This document shows positions 13,158 through 25,320 of a stretch of DNA of 64,000 bases, in pieces. Position 1 is the stretch's first letter; each line of letters begins with the position of its first letter. Below the pieces are notes generated by a model. It was given only the letters and a program-made list of their open reading frames with translations. It was not told the origin of the DNA and did not search any database. The DNA comes from Octopus sinensis (taxonomy: Eukaryota), in the NCBI RefSeq assembly GCF_006345805.1, contig NC_043013.1, positions 48,050,001 to 48,114,000 on the forward strand, given 5' to 3'. Both the position numbers and the translations under genes were made by a program.

Positions 13158-13346
13158 TGTGTGTGTTATTTTACGTGTTTAAGTCACTAGACTGCGACCA
13201 TGCTGGAGCACTGCCTTTGAAGAAATTTAGTCGAATGAATCGACCACAGTACACTTTTATATTTTGTTTTGTTTTATTCTATCGGGGGACGTAAACAAAC
13301 TAACAGCGGTTGTTAAGTGATAACCAGCACATACACACACACACAA

Positions 13347-13396
<50 letters not shown>

Positions 13397-13399
13397 GTA

Positions 13400-14614
13400 C
13401 AGGGTGCGCAAGTTACTTGAGGGCATATCGTTTTTAGGTCATTGTTGCATTTTTTGCTAATTCTGTGTAATCACTACTTCAGAAAATAATACTGGCAGAC
13501 CCTCAGCTTACTCAAGAAATGAAGAGGCATGCTGTTATTGTAGTTATAAAGGCTGAGCATAGCGATTTAGAATTTTTTAAAAGTTGCCAGATCTTTCGTC
13601 TAAGTTTCTAAGGAGTTTGAGAATGATGATGGAAACGTATCATCAGTATCAAAGCATAAAAAGCATTCTAAACACTCTAAAATCATCAGAACATCTGAAT
13701 TTATCCATCAAGTTCAACAGAACATTGATTACAATCCCAGAAAGTCAACTGTAAAATGAGGTCAACTGTAAAAGATTTCCATGAGTCAGAAGGAACAGTC
13801 AGAAATGTTGTCCACGAAGACATCAGATATAAGTCTTATGTGATGAGAAAAGGTCAGTTTGTCAGAAAAAGCAAAAAAAAAAAACCACATCAGATCTAAA
13901 AGGCTCTTACCAAACTGAAAAGGCCAGCAGAAGATGTGATTTGTTTTTTCTCAAACGAGGGAAACTTCGACCAAGATCAAAAGGTTAACAGAAGAAATGA
14001 CAGATGGTTAAGTACAGACCCTTCTGAAGTTCCAAGTGTTATGCATACAAAATTTCCTGCAACTGTCATGGCTTTAGGGGTTGTCAGCAATGAAGGACAT
14101 GTGATGCCTCCTTACTTCTTTCCACAAGGCCTTAGAGTTAACTCAGCCGCCTATATTGAAATCCTGAAATTAATTGTTAAGCCTTAGAGAGATAGTGTAT
14201 GCAATGGAAGGCCATATGTGTTTCTGTAAGACTCTGCACTATCACACATAATCCCTAACATTTGGCCTCCTAATTCTCCAGATTTCAATCCATTGGATTA
14301 TGACATGTGGAGCGTTGTTGAGAGAGAGGTCAATGAACACACCCACAACATCAAAGATTCTTTGAAAGCTGCTATAGTCAGAGTAATATCCAAAATGAAC
14401 CAGGACAACTTGATTCGAGCATGTAAATGATTTAGATCTCATATAGAAGCAGTTGTTGAAGCTGAAGGTGGCTTTATTGAATAACATTATAGAAAAGAAG
14501 GTTTATTTTTATCCTCATAGCATTTTTTGATAAAGTTATTATTTGTTATTATATATCTGTTTTTTTTTTCTTTTTATAAACATAAATCTATCCTCAAATA
14601 TCTAACGCAGCCTG
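13400..14614 (+). mobile_element. Defective Tc1/mariner transposon, maT/DD37D-like
   Basis: TA flanks on both sides; 24-bp TIRs match at 18/24 (CAGGGTGCGCAAGTTACTTGAGGG / CAGGCTGCGTTAGATATTTGAGGA). Broken ORF about 13519-14484: CFFSNEGNFDQDQKVNRRNDRW..HTKFPATVMALGVVSNEG..PYVF..DSA..WPPNSPDFNPLDY..IEAVVEAEGGFIE*. A deletion between the second and third catalytic residues prevents counting the spacer. Confidence 0.85.
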
Positions 14615-14672
14615 TATATATATAGGGAATTTTTTCTGTTTAGTTGCGCGTGTACCCACATACACACATGCG

Positions 14673-14706
<34 letters not shown>

Positions 14707-15045
14707 GATGTATTATATATATCTATGTTTACAAATATTCTATAATTATAAGTATAATTATAATCAGGGGTCAGCTAATTGCTTCGCCACGTACCGAATT
14801 TAGAAATAGCAATTAGAATACCATTCCGCTACCATAAATACCTCAAGACAATAACACTTTTTTTACGTAGGCAAAGAGAAAAAATAACGAATCCACAGGA
14901 CTTAGATTAGCTACATACGCGTTTCTGGATTAAAGTAATAGTTATATTTACTTACTTATTTCACCTCAACAGTGCAGCATTTCAAATATAAATTTGAGAA
15001 TGCTAGAATTAAATATTTAATACATACATATATATATATATATGT

Positions 15046-15270
15046 AGTATCGATCGCAACAGCTGATGTACTTGCGCGTACAAATGCACGTCCCACGGCT
15101 TTATCGATCGCATTCTCACCTGGAATCGATTTTTGTAATATTTTCAAGACTTATACACACGTAGATACCGTCGGTATCTACATATCAAATTTGAGCGCAA
15201 TCTGATGGAGGATGCCCGAAATCCTAGAAGACACACACACAGACAGACAGAACGGATATATATATATATG
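15046..15270 (-). mobile_element. Possible small non-autonomous Helitron/Helentron-like element
   Basis: End AAATTTGAGCGCAATCTGATGG...GACAGACAGAAC..TATATA resembles the terminus at 18230-18318; contains the palindrome GTAGATACCG-T-CGGTATCTAC (15161-15181). Confidence 0.3.
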
Positions 15271-16925
15271 TATATATATATATTATCTGAAATATTCTTC
15301 ATATAAAAATGTTTCTATCCACGTAAATATAAGTATGAAGGTAATATAAAATGTTTATATACATAAAGCTGTTTTAACGGTTACACACACATAGATAGAG
15401 AGAGAGAGAGAAAGAGATAGAAGGAAGGGAGGCAGACAGGCAGACGGGCAGACAGACAGAGGCATGTAGGTAGGTAGGAAGGTAGGTAGCTAGGTAATTA
15501 CGTACGTGCGTACATATGTAGGCAGGTAGTTAGGTAACCTCAGTTTCTAAGACGAGGAGTTATCGTTCTTTTCCTACTGGTATATTTAGGTAAGTATTCT
15601 CATCTGCGTCGGCAGTTGTGATTACCGTTATTCTCCAAGCACCTGTTGTATTCGGGAACCTCTCCGACTTTCAAACCAATTCCTTCATTTTCGTAGCTTT
15701 TATTAAATGTTCGATTTCATATTCCGAGAACATTAGACGATATACTAGACAATTGAAGAAGTATGCATAATTATATTATGTACGCATGTATGTATATATG
15801 TATGACCATTTCCTCCTGAAAAGGGCGGTCGGACTTACTGTAACAGCTTTCACCTAGACTGATCGCTTTTACTCTTTCTTTTAGCGCCCCTCATACTTTC
15901 TTGTTTTTTCCCCTTTTCTTTCTCTCGCTTCTCCTCTCTCACATTTCTGGGCCTTCTCTTTTTTTAATCTACCTATTTCTCCTCGTTTATCTCCCTTGTA
16001 CCTTCTCTATGTCCTTTTGGTTTTCTCTCTTTCTCGTTCTCCCTCTAATTCTTCAATTCTTCTACTCCCTACCTCTCTTCTTTCCTTCCACGTGACCGAT
16101 GTTCGGCCAAGCATGATCTTTCTTTCTTGGCTTGACTACCGGCCTCGAAAGGATGGAAGGCAAAGTCGACCTCGGCGGAATTTGAACTCAGAACATCAAG
16201 ACGGACGAAATGCCGCAAAGCATTTTTGCCTGAAGTGGAACTTTTAAAAGCCCAAGATATAATATCAGTATCGATTACGTCACATTTATGAGGAAGATAT
16301 TGCCAATGTGATCAGCAGCTGCCCAAAACAATCAATAAGGCATATCCAATGCTGCTAAAACATACACCATGAACCGTTGGAAAGATTGCACTGAGAAAAA
16401 TATAGATTTCCTGTTGTTGAATAATAATAGGGAAACAATGTCATTAAGCCTTCTGTCGGGTGCACAAGTAACAGGTCGTGATATAGGTCTTCAGAACTAA
16501 AGAGAAATATATTCAATCCTAAAAATCATTTGGCCTGAAATGCAAACATACGTTCACCAACAAGATCGAAACCAGCAGATTCTCTACCGAAATATAATTC
16601 TCATTTATACATGTAATTTTTGGTGCACTCAGCTATGTTACCGCAATAAATGTTTAAGTGACAATATAAAAAGTTCAATTTAGAAGAAATTGAACATCTA
16701 ATGATACGCACTTTGAAATAAAAATCAGTAAAATAAGAATACTGAAAGTATATAAGCACTTTTCAGAAGTTCAAAAACGTGACACAGATTTTATTCTCGA
16801 AAACTGATTGATAGAACTTACTTTCTATATCACAAACCATTTCAAATATTCGATAAATGAAGGTAACATAATTAACAAAATAAAATCAAGATAAAAGGAA
16901 AAAATAACATACACACACTCATACA

Positions 16926-16980
<55 letters not shown>

Positions 16981-17053
16981 TGATAAAACGGTAAGATAAC
17001 AAAAGAAAGAAAGAGACCTCAATATTATGTAAATAGAGGAAATTTATCTATAC

Positions 17054-17200
17054 AATATGTTACATTACTCGGTAGTCAAGATAAAACGTTTTCATAACGT
17101 TTTCAAATAGCCAGATAACCGAAGAGATGGTGTTGTGGATTTCCACTTCGGCATCTGAAACTCAGAGTTTTATCTTGACTACCGAGTAATGTAACATATT
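17054..17200. repeat. Perfect 34-bp inverted repeat enclosing a family F hammerhead-like motif
   Basis: 17054-17087 is the exact reverse complement of 17167-17200; motif GAUAA-CCGAAGA-GAUG..CAUC-U-GAAAC-UCAGAGUU/UUAUC at 17114-17174 (+), U4 changed to C. Confidence 0.75.
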
Positions 17201-17213
17201 ATATATATATATC

Positions 17214-17372
17214 AGGTGTTGCTGTGTGATAAGAAGCTTGCTTCTCAACCACATGGTTCAGTTTTCATTCCCACTGCGCAACACCTTTTACAAGTGTCTT
17301 CTACTATAGCCTCGGGCCGACCAAAGCCTTGTAAGTGGATTTGGTAGCTGGAAACTGAAAGAAGTCCGTCAT
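17214..17372 (+). mobile_element. SINE family A, 5' half
   Basis: CAGGTGTTGCTGTGTGATAAGAAGCTTGC...GGAAACTGAAAGAAGTCCGTC, then (TA)n. Confidence 0.8.
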
Positions 17373-17405
17373 ATATATGTCTATATATATATATGTCTAT
17401 ATATA

Positions 17406-17464
<59 letters not shown>

Positions 17465-17473
17465 ATATATATA

Positions 17474-18318
17474 CTAGCAGAATTGCCCGGCGTTGCTCGG
17501 GGCTGAATTGCTTGAAAGTACTGTTAATGATTGCACTGAATTATGATGATTATTCAGGCAAATATTGATATAAGCTTACGGTGGGAGATAAGGACTTAAC
17601 GATCAAACGTGTGCCATTGCATTGTTTTAGGGGAACCAAATTTCTGATGAGCATTATAGGGGCACCAACTTTAAGTTTGAGAAAGTGTGGTGGTAGTCCG
17701 GGGTGCTCAAAGGAATTGAGTACCTCTATTGGATAGTTGATGACGTCCTCTGGGTCAGGAGTTGTATCGATAGACTGATATACATAGACTTCCCCAGGAA
17801 TGAGTTTTAGCATTTCATCATTAATATGGTGAACAGTTTTATTCCTCGGGGCCAGTATAGCCTTTTTGCCAATCCAATCCATATTCTGATAATTAGCTTG
17901 TAGATCTGGGAACACTGCATCTCTGAGATCAGAAGGCGTCTTAACAATGGTACAAATGGAATCGATGGCAATATTACCATTTTCATCCCCTGGTATTTTG
18001 CCTTCGCCAAGTGCAAGGAGGGTGTGAGGAAATGCTGCTGATGTGATATTACGTCGCATATGAGCACGCATATTGGTGTGAAGTTTGAGAGTTACTTCCG
18101 TTTATTTTTAAAAATATGCATTAAAATGGAAAAAAATGATGGTAAATTATTTGTAAAATCATAGACTCATCGTAGACGCGCGCTAATACCCAGAAGGGCT
18201 CGATATGAATCTCGACTATAAGATACCCGGTTTTGGTTAAACTGCATCGAAAAATGTGGGAGTAGTTAGGAATCTAAATCGGAGTAGACAGACACACAAC
18301 CTTTCTTTTATATATAAA
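17474..18318 (-). mobile_element. Non-autonomous Helitron carrying a Pif1-helicase fragment
   Basis: ORF 17550-18071: LALGEGK..AILAPRN..YPIEVLNSFEHPGLPPHFLKLKVGAPIMLIRNL..CNGTRLIV (Helitron Pif1 motifs). The minus-strand 3' end has the hairpin CCCGAGCAACGCCGGG then CTAG|T inside (TA)n; the 5' end resembles T(C/T)TATATATAAAAG. Confidence 0.85.
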
Positions 18319-18320
18319 TA

Positions 18321-18798
18321 TTTTCGTCCTAAAAAACTTTGTATGGATTGAATGGTTACCTCTATGGAAATATATACACGCATATTATACATACATGTGT
18401 GTATAGATGAATATATAAATACATTTAAATATCTATATACACTTTTGGGCGATCTTTCTGTTTCTTAGAGATAACTTTAGATCTTATTTTCGTGCTAAAA
18501 AACTTTGTATGGAGTGAATGGTTATCTCTATGGAAATATATACACACACGTTATACATACATGTGTGCATAGATGAATATATAAATACATTTATATATCT
18601 ATATACACTTTTGGGCGATCTCTGTGCTACTTAGAGATAACTTTAGATCTTATTTTCGTCCTAAAAAACTTTGTGCGGAGTGAATGGTTACGTGTATGGA
18701 AATATATACACACACATTATACATACATCTGTGTATAGATGAATATATAAATACATTTAAATATCTATATACACTTTTGGGCGATCTTTCTGCTACTT
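18321..18798 (+). repeat. 166-bp tandem repeat, about 2.9 copies
   Basis: Unit TTTTCGTCCTAAAAAACTTTG... starts at 18321, 18487 and 18653; a partial unit resumes after 19259. Confidence 0.9.
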
Positions 18799-18807
18799 GG
18801 ATATAGG

Positions 18808-19251
18808 GGCGATGTTTCGCTTGTCGTAGCACACGTTTCCGTCGATTTCCGTAAAAAATGTAAACACTGAATCGGCCATACATACATACATACATACACA
18901 CACACATACATACACACACACACACACATACATGCATACATACATATACACATAAACCGAGTAAAAAATTTCAGTTATCTCTCTTTCACACATTACTCTC
19001 TCTGTCTCTTCATACACACTAACAGAAGCACTTCACTTACACAACATACTGTCTGTCTCCCACACTCCATCAAACACACACACATACACACATGTACATC
19101 AATGCGTCCCATGCACGGTAACTTCAAAAGAACTTCCCTCGTCATACAATCGCTTTCTCTTAGGTCTCTTTCGCTCTCATTACTTATGTAAAAAAATAAG
19201 TTTTTTACGGAAATCGACGGAAACCTGTGCTACGACAAGCGAAACATCGCC
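18808..19251. mobile_element. MITE with 51-bp TIRs and 8-bp TSD (Merlin-like)
   Basis: TIRs 18808-18858 and 19201-19251 match at 50/51 and start GGCG; GATATAGG is duplicated at 18800-18807 and 19252-19259. Confidence 0.88.
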
Positions 19252-19764
19252 GATATAGGTCTTATATTCGTCCTAAAATACTTTCCTGTCACACACTCAC
19301 GCACACGCACACACACACACACACACAGACGCGCACCCTCACACACACACACACACACGCACACACACACTCACACACACGCACGTTAGCTTACAATTTT
19401 ATTTATATATTTGCGTGTCTATGTGTGTAAAGAGGAAGTTGCAGACTGAAAGAGTCACTCACTACAAAAGGTGAATTACTTTCATTTTATTCCTTGCACA
19501 CTGTGTGTGTGCGTGTGCGTGTGGTGTAAAACACATTAAGAAAAGCATTTGACATACACACCAGAATGTGAGTTTTCTGTAAATTTTGCTTAATTGGAAT
19601 TTAAATTTTAAAAAGTGGACCTGGCAAAACCCGATGCATTCTACTCTTAAAAATGCTAAGTAAATTGTAATTGAAGAAATCCTATATTGTAGATTTTTAT
19701 AACTGACAAAGGGAGGCAGATAAAATCTGCCTTTTATAATAAGAGATATATATATGTATGTACA

Positions 19765-19970
19765 TTTGTGTGTGTCTTTGTGTCTGTGTTTCTCCCCTCC
19801 ACCATCGCTTGACAACCGATGCTGATGTGTTTACATCCATGTAACTTAGCAGTTCGGTAAAAGAAATCGATAGTATAACTACAAGGCTTACAAAGAATAA
19901 GTCCTGTAGCCGATTTCTTCGACTAAAAGGCGGTGCTCCAGTCAAATAGCTAAAACAAATAAAAGAATAA
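19765..19970 (+). mobile_element. SINE family A, 3' half
   Basis: GTGTCTGTGTTTCTCCCC..CCATCGCTTGACAACCGATGCTG...GGCGGTGCTCCAG..AAAAGAATAAA. Confidence 0.8.
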
Positions 19971-20508
19971 ATGAGTATATATATATATTCATATATATAT
20001 ATATATCGCATAAAGAAAAGCAAAAATGTGCTTAAATAATGTTTGCGGGGTGAGGACATAAGGTTAAAAATGTTCGATATTCTAACTGTCGAACTTGGGT
20101 GAAAACAAATTCGAGATCCAATTCTGAGTTGAGATGAACAGACTGTGAATATTAATACAGAGTCGGAGAAGGTTAGAAGCAGGAGAAGGTGGTGCAGTCT
20201 CTGAGAAAAGGGAAATAAAATAGATATTAGAAAGTGAAGGCAAGACATTGGTATACACATACAGCAATGAATAAGAAAAATATCTGACGGAGAAACGGGA
20301 GGCTGTGAATGTGTAATGAGCCTTGGAGTATGTATGTATCTGTATCCTGATGTGTTGTATGTGTGTTTAAGACAGGCAAGCTTGATTAAACGTACGTGTA
20401 TTTAAGTTTATACATGTACAAGAAAATTGTGTGGTTGTACGACAGGAAGAAGTGACTGAAGGCAGGTGTATTCAGTTGTGTGCATGTGGAGAATGTACAC
20501 ACGAAGGT

Positions 20509-20712
20509 GGAGAGGAAGGCGAGGTGTGGACGGAGATGAGGCTGCAAAGGAAGAGCAAAGATGGAGAGGAAGGCGAGGTGTGGACGGAGATGAGGCTGCA
20601 AAGGAAGAGCAAAGGTGGAGAGGAAGGCGAGGTGTGGACGGAGATGAGGCTGCAAAGATGGAGAGGAAGGTAAGGTGTGGACGGAGATGAGGCTGCAAAG
20701 GAAGAGCAAAGG
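20509..20712 (+). repeat. 54-bp purine-rich minisatellite, about 3.8 copies
   Basis: GGAGAGGAAGGCGAGGTGTGGACGGAGATGAGGCTGCAAAGGAAGAGCAAAG.T starts at 20509, 20563, 20617 (11-bp deletion) and 20660. Confidence 0.92.
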
Positions 20713-22038
20713 AAAAGAAACAAAAAATAAGGCGTGTAATTCGGAGTAAGAATTGGGAGAAAGTCCAGTTTAGGATCGAAATGTGATAGAATTTACACCC
20801 AAGTGTAAGAAATAAGATGAGCGACAGCTCCCTCCTGGAACGAGAAGTGGGAATCTTAGACGAATATCAAGAGTTGTTGGATTAAGTGGTCAGCTGAGCG
20901 GAAGTCTCAAAAGACTAATGTCTCATTGCCAAGTCAAATATCTTCGCAGGCGAACCTGTTGAGCTGTCGGCTCAGTTTTCCTGAAATGGATCAAAACGCG
21001 AAGGGAACATTGGAACTGATCATTTTTTTTCGAATTCTCCTGCCGAGGGACGTAAATACTCTCGGCTTATTTCGATTGGTTGGCAGCCCTTTATCTGCAA
21101 CAGATCGCTTTCGGCATATTCCTCAGTTATTGATGGAATCTCAGTCAACGTTTATAGATTTTGTGCTCTACTGAACCGCGAAGCAAAGGGTAACCTGGCT
21201 GCCTTAACGACTTCCTGACCTTCCTTCCAGTTGGTATCACTTATATTAAACTTGGTCATTGGACATATGAACATTTTGTATTGGCCGAGTTCCTGCTCCC
21301 TTGCAGGGTCACCAAATGTGTTTTGTAGACAAAGGTGTTTACTTCTTCAACTGAATACCCGAGGTGCCACTTTGCTTTTCTGCAAGTAGTTTCTTTGTAA
21401 AGCCAAAAAGGTTAGAGATGAGGGCTAAACGCTCATTTGCCATTTTTCTCCTTCGTCCTCTGTACCTTTCTACTCTGCGAAGATTGATCAACTTCTTCCT
21501 CAAGATGTCTCACAGCCCTGCCAATGAATCATCTTGAGGAAGAAGTTGGTTGCTTTATATTACTTGGAACCCACCTGCCAAAATTGTTATGTGTTGGTAT
21601 CCCTGCTGTTTGTGCTGCGGGACTTTCTACCGTTTCCTACTTTGGTGGGGCTGAATCTGGTAGACGCATTGCTAAACATAATTGTTGTTTCTTTCAGTCA
21701 ACTGAAAAGAGTTGCACAAAGGGAAGTGTTGCTGTAATGTGATGTCTGTAAGAGCCTGCGCACATCGGCAAACTGTTGCAGCTCATCTTGTTGTATATTT
21801 GTACCCTCGATGCATGGGCAATATATATATGTGTGTGGGGGGGGGTACAAACAAATATATGCATACATATATGTATGTGTGTATATATATATATATGTAT
21901 GTATGTATATGGATGGCTAGATGGATATATTATGCGTGCATATGTGTGCACATATATGCATAAGTATATAGATATTAATGTGTGTGCGTGTCTATGTGTG
22001 AGAGAGAGAGGTGTGAGTATATGTATGCTTATATACAA

Positions 22039-22072
<34 letters not shown>

Positions 22073-22447
22073 CGATTTGTTTTGTTCTTTGTATATATGT
22101 ATCTATGATTAGTATAACGACATACATTTGACACTATCAACCTAATTATCTCGTTATTTATGAACCAGATATATGTGTTAAGTATTATGCATCTTGATCC
22201 TTCACACTTATTTTTCCTTACAAAATCCGCCACTGAAACAATTCTTTCCAGTTCATTATGTTATAGGCTCCGTGATTGTTTTATGCAACCGTTGCACAGA
22301 GACGCACCAATATTGCATTATTGACAGGATGTAGGAAATTAACTTATTAAACTAGTATTGATATTCTTTTACTATACTTTTTAATGTATATTAAATGTAT
22401 ATGCATAAGTATATATATGTATATATATATACATGTATATGCATATA

Positions 22448-22487
<40 letters not shown>

Positions 22488-23188
22488 AACACACACACAC
22501 ACACACTCATATACATACATACACATATACACACATACACACAAATATATATGTGTAAACAAATATATTTTCATGGTTATATCAATGTGCATAAATGAGC
22601 ATAGGTACGTGGGGGAGATGTATATAATAGGACACATTTAGTATATAAAGTAATCTATCGCTAGTTCTAACGAGGTATTTTTCACCAGATTTGCTTAATA
22701 TATACTCATAAAATACTGACACATTTTGGGCAGTGTTGTCTATAGAGTGAGAGAAGAGTCGGGAAGAGTTAAAGTTTTGCATATGATGTAAAGAAAATAC
22801 GCGTGATATTAGATTCCGATAGAGAACATTCTGTTTCCAGAATTATATTTATCATGAGAAAGCGTAAAGAAGAACAATCCTTTTGTGAAAAGCACTCATT
22901 GGGGTTTTATAGAAGAGAGCTGGAAAACGCACTCTTACATGTCCAAACAAATGAAGCAGAATCGTAAATAATCACAAATTAAAAATACTCAACATGGAGT
23001 TAATTTCCGGGAATAAGTTTATCCAAAACGCACACAAGTACGTCACAGAATACGCCAAAACCTTAACGTGTTACTTTTCGCCAAAAGTGCTCAGCGAGTA
23101 TTCCTAAAATTACGAATTATTTATAAATACGTCTACACACACACACACACGCACGCACATACACACACACATACACACACACAAACAT

Positions 23189-23221
<33 letters not shown>

Positions 23222-23333
23222 TTATCGACTGCATATAATGTTTCGCTTGTTCGCCGGTACGGTGCGGTAAAATACATTCAGTATGTGCGGTCGATAATGT
23301 TTACAACACTAAAGGTGCGTTTAATTCACAATC

Positions 23334-23368
<35 letters not shown>

Positions 23369-23371
23369 CAT

Positions 23372-23409
<38 letters not shown>

Positions 23410-23429
23410 TCACATATATATTGTTTATT

Positions 23430-23690
23430 CCTTCTCGAGCCACGCCTGGCTCATTAGGACCGGTTTCCCGGTTTCCTTGGCGCATAGGTTCCTCACCTGG
23501 ACGGGACGCCGGTCCGTCGCAGGTAAGCTGCAAGATGCAGGAGGAAGGAATGAGAGAAAGTTGTGGTGAAAGAGTCAGCAGAAGTTCACTATTACCTTCT
23601 GCCGGAGGTGTTTCTCTCATAAACACACACATCGCCCGGTCAGAGATTCGAACCCGCGATCCCTCAACCGCGAGTCCGCCATGTGCCTCC
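23430..23690 (-). mobile_element. Decayed SINE family C
   Basis: Head similar to 59611/32508 (GGACTCGCGGTTGAGGGATCGCGGGTTCGAATCTC on the minus strand). Confidence 0.55.
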
Positions 23691-23823
23691 ACTATACGCA
23701 CACACACACACACATATATTGATAGAAATGGTAAGACAACAAAAGAATGAAAGAGACCACGATATTATGTAAATAGAGGAATTTATCTGTAAATGTAATA
23801 TGTGACAATTATTCGGTAGCCAT

Positions 23824-23884
23824 GATAAGACTCCGAGTTTCGGATGCCGAGCTGGAAACCCACGCCGGCATCTCTTCAGTTATC
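23824..23884 (-). ncRNA. Type I hammerhead ribozyme candidate (family F)
   Basis: GAUAA-CUGAAGA-GAUGCCG(16 nt)CGGCAUC-C-GAAAC-UCGGA-GUC/UUAUC: stem I 5 bp, stem II 7 bp plus one extra C, stem III ACU:AGU, GUC triplet. Confidence 0.65.
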
Positions 23885-24092
23885 TGGCCATCGAAAAAAA
23901 TGCTATGGAAATGACCGTTAAACAAAGGGAAATTGCTGTGTAATTGACCGTTATTAAGACAAAAGAGCTATTAGACTGACCCTCCCCTTACTTAACGGTC
24001 ATTCTAAGCTCTTTTGTCTTAAAAAATGATCAATCACACAGTAATTTCCTTTTGTTTAACGGTCATTTTCATAGCATTTTTTCCGATGGCCC

Positions 24093-24148
24093 GATAACTG
24101 AAGAGATGACGGCGTTCCGCCCCGACATCCAAAACTCGGAGTTTTATC
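24093..24148 (+). ncRNA. Family F hammerhead, likely inactivated
   Basis: GAUAA-CUGAAGA-GAUG..CAUC-C-AAAAC-UCGGA-GUU/UUAUC; G12 changed to A. Confidence 0.4.
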
Positions 24149-24468
24149 ATGGCTACGAATAATTATCGCATATTATATTTACAGACATGTATATATATAT
24201 ATATTATATATATATATATATATATACTATATATTAATATATATATATATATATATATATATGTATTAAACTTTTAATACTTTTGATATATATTTAAAAT
24301 AATATAAATTAAATTAATTTTATGTATTGGCTTATGTTTTTCATTGTTTGATTTGCCTAATAGTGGTTTTACCTCTAATTTATATAATATAATATATTTA
24401 TACTATAAAATTGGATTTAATCTTAAATCTGATTTTTCCCTGTAAGTTGGATTTATTCCCTAATATTT

Positions 24469-24511
<43 letters not shown>

Positions 24512-25248
24512 ATACTATATATATATATAATATATATACAATATAATATATATATATATATATAATATATAATTATTTATAATATTGGGCTTAGTAAAAT
24601 AAATTACTTTGCCACATACTGAACTTTCTAGAAATAGCAGCCAAAAAGTTTTTTAGCCATTTCCACTACTTTAAGAAAATTTCTCTCAGATAACGTTTAC
24701 TCAAACATAACTCACGAAGATATGGAGGTAAAAACAGTAAAATATCACAAGTACAAAGATCATAGAGATAGATAAAATGAAACTATATAAAGGGCTTGGA
24801 TACATACATCATACGAAGCGAACCCATACACACACACAAACACACACATACAAGAAATTTCATGGATGGCCATAAAAATGTCAACAACACAATTAACAAA
24901 GACAGCAGCAGCGGCCGTGACAACGATAGCAATAACAACAACAACTACTACTACTACTACGATGGCAACACCGTGGGCGAACACAGGTACATAGAAGAAT
25001 ATAGGAACTCAGTTCTATATTTAAGAGATGAGGAATTATGTACATTATTTACATTATTTACATTCGACAGATATTTGTTGTGTGTGTGTTTATGTGTGCA
25101 CGTGTGTATGAGTCTGTATAGTTGTATGTGTGTGTGTGATAGATTTTAGAAGCAGTGTGGACTTCCCCTCAGCCCTATCCTCTCACCCCATTCTACTGCT
25201 GCTGTCCATGACCCCCACCTTCCAAAAATATGGTACAGTTCCTGACGG

Positions 25249-25299
<51 letters not shown>

Positions 25300-25320
25300 T
25301 AATAATAATAATAATAATAA

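Larger units (their letters stand above)
23786..24185. repeat. 400-bp foldback element (family F) with an outward-reading hammerhead on each arm
   Basis: Arms pair over about 190 bp around a 15-nt loop (23982-23996); (TA)n follows on the right. Confidence 0.88.

Noticed and set aside
17550-18071. Host PIF1 helicase gene
   Set aside because: Only an internal fragment, enclosed by Helitron-type termini; no exon context.
18321-18798. CRISPR array
   Set aside because: Contiguous tandem units with no unique spacers; eukaryotic context; no cas genes.
20431-20723. Repeat-protein ORFs from the 54-bp unit (GEEGEVWTEMRLQRKSK)
   Set aside because: The third unit has an 11-bp frame-breaking deletion and all frames are open, as expected of a minisatellite.
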